From Vicinamibacterales bacterium (GTDB lineage: Bacteria; Acidobacteriota; Vicinamibacteria; Vicinamibacterales; UBA8438): a DNA stretch of 64,000 bases. Location of the stretch: NCBI GenBank assembly GCA_965229825.1, contig CBDDJQ010000010.1, positions 159,417 to 223,416 on the forward strand. The letters are read 5' to 3'. The position numbers and the translations under genes were made by a program. Of the stretch, positions 18,051 to 25,765 are shown piece after piece. The notes under the pieces were generated by a model. That model saw only the letters and a program-made list of their open reading frames with translations. It was not told where the DNA came from and ran no database searches. The first letter of the stretch is position 1, and each line of letters begins with the position of its first letter.

Positions 18051-19743
18051 CCTGCATTATTCACGAAGGTCCAGATTCGACCGCCAAAGGGCGTGATCGG
18101 CGCAGGAATGGGTCTCGGACATCGTCGCCTGCAAGCGGAGCCGGGGTTGAGCAGCCGACCGGGGGGGGCATGACGGACGCGAGGGTTGGGCAGCGACAGC
18201 CCCGCCGGCGGCGCGGCCCATGCCGCCCAGGAAGCAGGTGGGCGCGGCGCAACGGGTGGGCTATCCGGCGCGCGCGCCTAGCGCGAGTGCGATGTGCCGC
18301 CACGCCTCGAGGTGCGGCGTCGAGCGCGGCAGATGCAGAACCACGCGGCGGACCGAGCGGACGACGTGGACCCCCAGCTTCAGCAGCCGGTCGCGCAGCC
18401 ACGTTACCTGGCTGCGGGCACACGCAGTACGCGCCGCCCGCAATCGCAGTTCCTGCATGAGCACGTAGGCCGCGGCGGTCAGGAAGACGCGCAACTGGTT
18501 CGCCGGGAACAGACAGCAGCTCGTGCGGTCGATCTGCAGCCCATCGAGCAGTTCCTTGATCCGATTCTCGATGTCCCCGCGAGCACAGTAGACCTTCTCA
18601 TAGATGAAGCGCGGCGTCTGCCGCAGATTCGTCACCACGAACCGCGGGTTGTCCCGCGGCTCGCGGTCTCCGAGGCGAACGACTTCGGCCTTGATCACGA
18701 CCCGGCGCTCGTGGTCCCACGTGCCGGCGGCGTAGCGGGTGTCGGTATAGACGTGCGCGGTCTCGCCACCGACCTCGCTCTGCGCGCGGGCCACCTGCAT
18801 GGCGGACTCCGCATGCCGCTGCAACACCGCGTTCTTCGCCATCGCCACGACATAGTCGAGCCGGGGCTCCGCATCCAGGAAATCGAAGATCTCCGGGGTC
18901 GCAAAGCCCCCGTCGAGCCGGACGAGAAACCGCGCCCGCGGAAACGCGGCCCGCAACAGCGGGAGCAACCGACACAGCAGGCCGAGGGTCCCGTCGGCGG
19001 CCACTGCCTTCCCGGGCCGCAGCACCGCCGCGCACAGATACTGCTCCGCCTCGCGGTCGAAGCTCAGAAACCCCAGCATCGGCAGATAACACCAGCCGCC
19101 ATAGTGCCCGTTGAAGAACGTGAGCTGCTGGGCCCCGTGCGTCAGGTCGTCGGTCGGGTCCAGATCGATCGTGATCCGGCGCGCCCGCCCGTGCAGGCGG
19201 CGCCGATGACGCTCGATGACGCACGCTGCCAACTCGCGCCCCATCCGGTAGAGCACGGTGCGGCGCGCGCCGTTCTCGAATCGCGAGATCGTGGGTTGCG
19301 ACGCCAAGGGCGCGCCGGACACCGGGTCCCGCCCGAGCAGCAGCTTGTGGATGGGGTCGTCGGCCAAGTGGTCGGCATCGTTGCCATCGGGATGACCGCA
19401 CGCGATGCCGAAGACCCGCTGGCCGATCAGGTCCGCGAGCGTGTGCCGAATCTTCCCGGGTGCGCGTTTGTCGGCCAGACACCGGGCGAACGCCTTGACC
19501 AAGCCGTACACGCGCTCGGCCGCCTTGAGCAGGACGGCGCCGCCGTCGGAACTCGCGTGCTCCTGGTTGAACGTGGCGACGAGGGGCTTGTCGAACAGAT
19601 CCGGAAACAGAACACTCTGTGGTATCGTGTCAGGTGTCACGCAGGGGCCTCCGTCGTGGCTAAACGTTTATATACACTACGTTTGTACCACACGGAGGCC
19701 CTTGTGTCTCTCCCAGAATCAACACCTTCACGCATAATCCGGG
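18051..19743 (-). mobile_element. IS1380-family insertion sequence, complete, 1693 bp, with inverted repeats and a 4-bp TTAG target duplication
   Basis: The left inverted repeat is 18051 cctgcattattcacgaaggtccagattc. The reverse complement of the right inverted repeat is cccggattatgcgtgaaggtgttgattc (19716-19743). They match at 20 of 28 positions. TTAG occurs at 18047-18050 and again at 19744-19747. Confidence 0.9.
18261..19640 (-). CDS. IS1380-family DDE transposase
   Basis: Diagnostic stretches present: GHPDGNDADHLADDP, SQPTISRFEN, QLTFFNGHYGGWCYLP, ARGDIENRIKELL. Confidence 0.9.
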   Translation of the reverse strand: MTPDTIPQSVLFPDLFDKPLVATFNQEHASSDGGAVLLKAAERVYGLVKAFARCLADKRAPGKIRHTLADLIGQRVFGIACGHPDGNDADHLADDPIHKLLLGRDPVSGAPLASQPTISRFENGARRTVLYRMGRELAACVIERHRRRLHGRARRITIDLDPTDDLTHGAQQLTFFNGHYGGWCYLPMLGFLSFDREAEQYLCAAVLRPGKAVAADGTLGLLCRLLPLLRAAFPRARFLVRLDGGFATPEIFDFLDAEPRLDYVVAMAKNAVLQRHAESAMQVARAQSEVGGETAHVYTDTRYAAGTWDHERRVVIKAEVVRLGDREPRDNPRFVVTNLRQTPRFIYEKVYCARGDIENRIKELLDGLQIDRTSCCLFPANQLRVFLTAAAYVLMQELRLRAARTACARSQVTWLRDRLLKLGVHVVRSVRRVVLHLPRSTPHLEAWRHIALALGARAG

Positions 19744-21339
19744 TTAGGGCACAGCATATTCTCCTTTCACCTTCTTGAGGCGCTGATTGGGAACGCCGCA
19801 AACGAGGAAGGGCAAGTAACTGCATCCAGTCTGCACGACTACCTATCCAGGTCACTTCAAGGGCACGCCATGGCGCAGACGATGGTGTACCGAGGGGATA
19901 TTGCCGGCGTGTTTCTGATTGGCGCAGGGTTCGCCCCGGTGCGGCGTGCGCCAGCCAGCGGGACACGATTGCATGCTATTGTGCGCGACGCACAGGAGCA
20001 CCTGAACACGTTTCAGATGGAGACCGGTCGCGACTATGCCAATAGACAAGTGTGGTCGCGCACAGCCTACAAGGCTGCATGTCAGCGCCTGCGACCGATT
20101 GTTGCGTGGTTCGGCAAGAGAGAGAGTGAGTACCTGGAGCTAAAGAATCACAAGCCGTTTCAGATCTTAATGGATGAGATACGTGCTTGGCAGGCGCGAC
20201 TGGGCGATATCGAGAATGTCTCCGAAACCCCGTGGGGCACCGTTGAACGACGTCTTGGGTACGGAACGTTCGGAACCGTGTGGCTTTTTCAGGGTAAACC
20301 TGGCGGTAGCGAAATAGCTCGGAGAGCGTTCAAGATATATCACGGTCAGGACATACGCCTGCGTGACAAAGTGAGTCGCTTCCGCCGTGGCTTTGAAGCA
20401 ATGAAGATGCTAGATCATCCACTGGTGGTCAAGGTCGGAGAACTATATGAGTGCCCGCTGGGTTTTTCCATGGAGTACATCGATGGACCTAACTTTAGAG
20501 AGTTCACGGGAACACTCGATGTTCCAGAACAGTTACGCCTCCTCCTGACGGTTGCGGAAACGATTGCGCATGCCCACAGTAGAGGTGTGGTGCATCGAGA
20601 CGTCAAACCCGAGAACATCCTGCTCCAAGAAACCAACGGCATCTGGCTGGCGCACCTTGCCGACTTTGACTTGGCGTGGTTTTCGACGGCGAGTATGGTT
20701 ACAAGAGAAGCGATAGGTAGCGCATTCTATTGCGCACCTGAGCAGGTTCACAGGCCGCGCTCGCCGATGGCGCGAGACCCGCGGGTGGACCAGTACGCAT
20801 TCGGTCAGCTACTATTTTTTGGGCTTACAGGGTCTGATCCACTCCAGAGCGCTGCGGACAACATGGATGAGTTGCGCGGCCGCCTACGCCAATGGGGCTC
20901 GGGCGATGCAGCGAGTGCAGTGTTGCGGCTATACGAGCGCGCAACCGCACTACGGCAAGGCGAGCGGTACTCAACTGTACGGGAAATCTGCGATGAGCTT
21001 CACAGAATTATATTACTTGCGGAGACGGATCCAGCCCAGGAGATATCGACGGAACGAATGATTAGGGAGTTGGTATTCGGACTTGTGGGAATAGCAGACT
21101 CCGCGGCCCGCAGCACAGGGGCATTTCGGTCATTGTCTGAAAGGACTATGGTGGGTGTTCAAACCGTAACAACCGGACCACACAAATTGTCCCTGCGCTT
21201 TCGGTTAGAACGCATTGGTGCGTTGACGATGGAGGGTCTTGACAATAGGATGGCCCGCCGAAGGCTCAATACGCGCGTTGATGAGGTGGTGCGCGAGTTT
21301 CCTAATACAACCCGGGAATCGGGGCGGCAGGGAACATAT
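19744..21339 (+). pseudogene. 3' segment of the caspase-kinase fusion: the caspase p10-like end, a linker, a Hanks-type Ser/Thr protein kinase domain and a C-terminal region. It abuts or is cut by ISL3 at 21340.
   Basis: It is in frame with 17543-18050 once the IS and one TTAG copy are removed (...YECTGL|GHSIFSFHLLEALIGNAANEEGQVTASSLHDYL). Kinase motifs: GYGTFGTVW, AFKIY, HRDVKPENILL, DFDLAW, YCAPEQ. The track ORF 19870..21441 runs into the IS inverted repeat. Confidence 0.85.
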
Positions 21340-23079
21340 GAGTCTCCTCAAATGCGTGTGGGTAGCGGCGGCGCCAGTTCTATGCCTCCACAGCAGAGGA
21401 ACAGCATCGAGATCAACGCGCCGGGCGAGTGGAAGCCATAGGCGCGACGCGCGATCACCCGCAGCTTGTTGTTGATGCCCTCCACCGGACCGTTCGTCAT
21501 CTTCGTGTCCAGGTACGCCAGGATGCCTTCAGCGTGTTTCCGAATCGTACGCCCCAGCTTCACGAACGGCGTCAGGCGGGACCGCGCAGCCCACTCCAGC
21601 CACTCATCGAGCAGCGCCGGCGCATCCTCGGGTGTCGCCTGCCCCAGGATCGTCGCCAGGTACTCCTTCAGTTCGTAGGCCCGGTCCAGCGCCCGGTTCT
21701 TACGACGCAACGTCTCCAGACGCCGGGCCTCACCAGGCCTCAGCCGCGCCGGGTGCTTCAGCAACGCATAGCGCGTCCCCTTGAGCGCCTTCGCATCCTC
21801 CGGCTCCGAGGCCAGCCGCCGCTGCTCCGAACGCCGCACCTCGTCAACCGCATCCGCCGCAAGCCGTTCAACGTGAAACCGGTCGAACACCACCCGCGCG
21901 TGCGGAACCCACGCCCGCAGCGCCTTCTGCCAGCTCGACGCCAGGTCCGCCGTCACCAACTCGATCCGCGCACAGCCACCAGGTCCCAACTGCTCGAAGA
22001 AGGCCCCCAGCGTCTCGGCGCTGCGCCCCCGCCCCGCCCAAACCACCCGACGCTCGTCATGGTCAACCACGATCGTCAGGTAGCGGTGACGCTTCCGGTA
22101 GCTGAACTCATCGACGCCGATTCGTCTCAGCTTGGCGAACCGAGCCCCGTCCAGCCGCCGCGCCACAACCCGTTCCACGATGCTGCCCACCGTCACCCAC
22201 GATATCCCCAGCAGGCGGCTCACCGCCGTCCGGTCCGTCACCTGCGCCAGATACGCCGCCAATTCCTCGAACCCCGACGTGAACACGCTGCTGCCGCTCG
22301 CCCACGGCACCTGCTCCACCTTCACCCCGCGGCAACGCCGGCACGACACCCGCCACGGCGCATACCGCAGCCACGCCGGCATCCGGCCCCAGGACAGATG
22401 CCGCCACTCGCGCACCGGCTGCCGGTCATACCGCGGCGACCGCTTCCCGCACGTCCCGCACCGGGAACGCCGCCACGCCGGCTCCACCGACACCGTCAAC
22501 GGACCGTCGGCGGCCATTTCCACCTGCTTGACGTACATCTGCGTGACACCCAACAGCCGCCGTAGTAACGTAGTCAGACGCATGGGGCTCTCCTCCTCGC
22601 GGGTCGTGGTGATACACGCCCATGAGACCAGGAAGCCCCTTGCGTTTGCAACCGCTTCCGCCAAGCGAGACGACGCACGCGGCCCCGACAACACCCTTGG
22701 CCCCGCCCAACGGGCGTCCGCCGCCGGCGCCGGGACCCGAGGTGGCCGTTGGGGCAATCAGCCAGCGTCTATCCCCGAACCGCCAGCCGTCGCGCTTTCC
22801 GCGTTGTCGTGGACGGCCGGGACGCCCCCGTCCAGGCCGGGCCGCAAGGCCCATATCTGCTGCTTGAGCGGAGGGACGGACGGTGTGTCACCCGAAGGGC
22901 CGCAGCGCAGCGAAGGACGCGCGTAGCGCGTTGACACGCCGGCCGGCCCGCAGCTACTCCGCTCCGACTATATCCCGCCACGGTGCGCCACGCCCGCCGC
23001 CGGTCAGGTGAACTGCCAGCACCCCTCGCCGACCCGCCGATCGCGCCTCAACCCACCCACACCCGTTTGAGGAGAGCCC
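21340..23079 (-). mobile_element. ISL3-family insertion sequence, about 1740 bp, with roughly 27-bp terminal inverted repeats and no recognisable target duplication
   Basis: The left inverted repeat at 21340 is gagtctcctcaaatgcgtgtgggtagcg. The reverse complement of 23051-23079 is gggctctcctcaaacgggtgtgggtgggt. Confidence 0.75.
21348..22583 (-). CDS. ISL3-family transposase
   Basis: The protein begins MRLTTLLRRLLGVTQMYVKQVEMA. It carries a zinc finger (CGTCGKRSPRYD...CRRC) and the stretch IGVDEFSYRKRHRYLTIVVD...VTADLASSWQKAL...RFHV. The SD GAGGAGGAGAG sits before the ATG at 22583. The longer track ORF to 22757 is not supported. Confidence 0.9.
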   Translation of the reverse strand: MRLTTLLRRLLGVTQMYVKQVEMAADGPLTVSVEPAWRRSRCGTCGKRSPRYDRQPVREWRHLSWGRMPAWLRYAPWRVSCRRCRGVKVEQVPWASGSSVFTSGFEELAAYLAQVTDRTAVSRLLGISWVTVGSIVERVVARRLDGARFAKLRRIGVDEFSYRKRHRYLTIVVDHDERRVVWAGRGRSAETLGAFFEQLGPGGCARIELVTADLASSWQKALRAWVPHARVVFDRFHVERLAADAVDEVRRSEQRRLASEPEDAKALKGTRYALLKHPARLRPGEARRLETLRRKNRALDRAYELKEYLATILGQATPEDAPALLDEWLEWAARSRLTPFVKLGRTIRKHAEGILAYLDTKMTNGPVEGINNKLRVIARRAYGFHSPGALISMLFLCCGGIELAPPLPTRI

Positions 23080-23283
23080 AAAAAGCACAATCAGTGGCAA
23101 TGGGGGCGAGAAACCAGTCACTGGCAATCGCAGCGAGAGACGTAGCTCCGGTGAACGCGAAGACGGCGTTGGGAACGGTCCCAGCGTGTACATTAACCTG
23201 CAGTCTCATCGGATGCCACACCCGACCAGATAGACCAGATTTTCGAGAGCATGGCAAAGCACATTTATCGCGAGGGGTGATAG

Positions 23284-23802
23284 GTGAACACGACCAAAGC
23301 CCGTGAAGTGCTGCTTCTTGCCAAGAGTGTGCAGGCTGAAGCGCCGATTATCTTCGTACCGCCCTCCGCGGGCACGCGGCCCAATAGCCAAGGTGTGTTG
23401 CCGCATGCCTGTGTGTCGGGTACTCGTGGTTACATTGAGCGGGTTGTATTTCAGATCAATGGCTGCTACGAGAAGGGTTGGTTCGATGGATGTGCGGTCA
23501 TGATGCGTCGGCTCTTGGAAACACTGATTATAGAGTGCTTCGAGGCGGCTGGCATCGCTAGCAAGATCAAGAATTCTCAGGGCGACTTCTTGATGCTCTC
23601 GGATTTGATCGTCGGGATGCTCTCGGAGACTAGCTGGAACCTTGGACGGATCACTCGACGGGCACTACCGAAACTAAAGAATATTGGCGATTGGTCGGCA
23701 CACAGCCGGCGATACAATGCACATCGAGAGGACATTGAACGGCTTGCCACAGACTTCCGGGTGGTTTGCCAAGAGCTGGTTTACTTGGCGAGCCTCAAAT
23801 AG
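23284..23802 (+). CDS. Hypothetical protein, DUF4145-like/HEPN-like, lower G+C
   Basis: The pattern AVMMRRLLETLIIECF...LKNIGDWSAHSRRYNAHRED resembles the DUF4145 pattern (...R.lLE...GN.aaH) and contains an R-x4-H motif. The family call is from memory of the motif only. Confidence 0.45.
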   Translation: MNTTKAREVLLLAKSVQAEAPIIFVPPSAGTRPNSQGVLPHACVSGTRGYIERVVFQINGCYEKGWFDGCAVMMRRLLETLIIECFEAAGIASKIKNSQGDFLMLSDLIVGMLSETSWNLGRITRRALPKLKNIGDWSAHSRRYNAHREDIERLATDFRVVCQELVYLASLK

Positions 23803-24014
23803 GGATGTGTTGCACGTTCGCGAGCATCCTAATCCTAATTCAGAACGGAGGATCCAGATTGGTCAGTTGGCTGAATATGCATCGAGAAGCCCCCGAGCGG
23901 CGTCCATGGCCCTTTGGGGCGGCGTGACCTCGCCCATTGGGGGTGATGGCAAGCGACTCGGGAACGACTGCGACGCGCCTTCCAGTCGGGCCACGCTGAG
24001 GCTACATTGTGCGG

Positions 24015-24356
24015 ATGAAGACGGTCGGAATCAGGACGCTGAAGAACCGCCTCAGCGAGTATCTTCGCGCCGCCCAGTCCGGCGAGCGGATTGCCGTTAC
24101 CAGGCGGGGAGTGCCGGTGGGCGACGTGGTTCCCCAGGCGCCCCCCGGCCTGGACCCCGACGAGGAACTGCTGCGGTTGGCGCGGGCGGGCGAGGTCCGG
24201 CTCGGCAGGTCCGACTCCGACTCCGGCGTCCAGTACACGCGCCCTCCCAGGGAAAGGCGGTTGGCGCACGATGAGCTCATGGCGATACTGAGCGCGGTCG
24301 GCGGCGATCGGCAAGTAGATTCCGCGCGGCGCCCAGTGCCTCCTCCAGGGACGTGA
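24015..24356 (+). CDS. Phd/YefM-type antitoxin, orphan. The 3' end runs into the convergent cca gene, so the C-terminus is probably not native.
   Basis: The N-terminus MKTVGIRTLKNRLSEYLRAAQSGERIAVTRRGVPVGDVVP is typical of the family. No toxin ORF follows. Confidence 0.6.
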   Translation: MKTVGIRTLKNRLSEYLRAAQSGERIAVTRRGVPVGDVVPQAPPGLDPDEELLRLARAGEVRLGRSDSDSGVQYTRPPRERRLAHDELMAILSAVGGDRQVDSARRPVPPPGT

Positions 24357-25698
24357 CTTCCCCGTCGAGCTGCCGTTCGTAGATGGCCTTGAGAATCCGC
24401 CCGATCTCGGGTCCGGGCGACAGGCCGAGCTGCAGCAGGTGGCGGCCGAGCAGGAGCGGCGCGGGGGCCTCGTGCTCGACGCCGAGGGCGCGGGCGCGGT
24501 CGAGGAACCAGTCCAGGGTCGCGGTGCAGTCGAAGTTGCCGGTGCGGCCCAGGCAGTCCGCTACGGACAGCCGGGCCAGCAAGTCCAGGTCGACCTTGCG
24601 GGCGAGGCGGCGGAAGGCGCCGTCGCCGACGGGGTCGGCGCCGCGGTGCCACATGCCCGGCTTCAGGTGCTGCGCGACGAGGTTGAACACTTGCTGCCGG
24701 ACGTCGTAGCCGGCGAGGGTGTGGATGTCGAGACGGTCGAGGAACGCGCGGGTGGGCGGCACGCCGGCCTCTTCGTGGCCGCGCGAGCGGATGCGGCCGT
24801 CGATGAGCTCGGTGGTGGCGGGCTTGCCGAGGTCGTGGCAGACGGCGCCGAGCATCAGGGCGACCTGCTGGGGGTGGTCGAGGTCGTCGATGCGGGTGCG
24901 GGCCTGGTCGATGACCATCAGGGTGTGCACCCAGACGTCGCCTTCGGGGTGCCATTCGGGCTCCTGCTTGCAGTCGATCAGGGCTTCGAGCTCGGGGAAG
25001 AGCCGGGCGATGACCCCCAGGCGGAGGGCGAGGTCGAATCCGAGCGAGGGCCGCTGGGCCTGCAGCAGCAGCTTCTCGAGCTCGCCCCAGATGCGTTCGG
25101 CGGGAAGGTCGTCGAGGGCGATGCCGCGGCAGATGCGCGTGGTGGCGTCGTCCGGGGTGAGTTCGAAGCGGGCCGCGAGCTGCAGGGCGCGGAGGACCCG
25201 CAGGCTGTCGTCTGCGAAAGTGGTCGGGTCCACCACGCGCAGGCGGCGGCGCTCGAGGTCGGCGCGGCCGCCGAAGGGGTCGATGTACTCGTCGCGCCGG
25301 GGGTCCCAGGCGATGGCGTTGACGGTGAAGTCGCGGCGTCGCGCCGCCTCTTCTACCGGCATCCAGGGATCGCCGGTGACGATGAAGCCGCGGTGGCCGC
25401 GGCCCTGTTTCGATTCGGTGCGGGGCAGCGAGACGTCGATGCCGCCGATCTTGTAGACGGTGAAGCTCTGGCCGACGGTGTTGACGGGGCCAATCTGGCC
25501 GAGGAGCTCGCGAAGCCGGTCGGCCTCGATGCCGTACACCTCGAGGTCGATGTCCTTCGACTCGCGCCCGTCGAGGTCGATGTCCTTCGACTCGCGGCCG
25601 AGCAGGCGGTCGCGCACCCAGCCGCCGACGTACAGGGCCCGTCCGCCGGCGTCGCGCACGCGGTCTGCGACGGCCGCCGCAAGCTGGGAGTCGGTCAT
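24277..25698 (-). CDS. cca: CCA-adding enzyme/poly(A) polymerase-family tRNA nucleotidyltransferase with an HD domain
   Basis: Motifs present: LYVGGWVRDRLLG...KDIDLEV, RRDFTVNAIAWD, and an HD region WVHTLMV...CHDLGKP. Confidence 0.85.
   Translation of the reverse strand: MTDSQLAAAVADRVRDAGGRALYVGGWVRDRLLGRESKDIDLDGRESKDIDLEVYGIEADRLRELLGQIGPVNTVGQSFTVYKIGGIDVSLPRTESKQGRGHRGFIVTGDPWMPVEEAARRRDFTVNAIAWDPRRDEYIDPFGGRADLERRRLRVVDPTTFADDSLRVLRALQLAARFELTPDDATTRICRGIALDDLPAERIWGELEKLLLQAQRPSLGFDLALRLGVIARLFPELEALIDCKQEPEWHPEGDVWVHTLMVIDQARTRIDDLDHPQQVALMLGAVCHDLGKPATTELIDGRIRSRGHEEAGVPPTRAFLDRLDIHTLAGYDVRQQVFNLVAQHLKPGMWHRGADPVGDGAFRRLARKVDLDLLARLSVADCLGRTGNFDCTATLDWFLDRARALGVEHEAPAPLLLGRHLLQLGLSPGPEIGRILKAIYERQLDGEVTSLEEALGAARNLLADRRRPRSVSP
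25541..25600. repeat. Perfect-but-one 30-bp in-frame tandem duplication inside cca
   Basis: The sequence tcgaggtcgatgtccttcgactcgcgSccg occurs twice. It encodes GRESKDIDLD/GRESKDIDLE. Confidence 0.95.
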
Positions 25699-25765
25699 GG
25701 CGCGACGTTCCTTGTCGCGACGCGATTGGCGGTCGGCACCGTCGTAGCGTCGTTGAGGGAATCGC

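Noticed and set aside
21313-22668. First guess at the ISL3 ends (ggggcggcaggga at 21321 versus ggcggaagcgg near 22660)
   Set aside because: The similarity is only about 8 of 11 positions. It was superseded by the much longer and better inverted-repeat pair at 21340 and 23079.
22584-22757. N-terminal extension of the ISL3 transposase ORF in the track (start at 22757)
   Set aside because: The internal ATG at 22583 is preceded by a strong SD (GAGGAGGAGAG) and begins the conserved MRLTTLL... N-terminus. The extension is Arg/Pro-rich.
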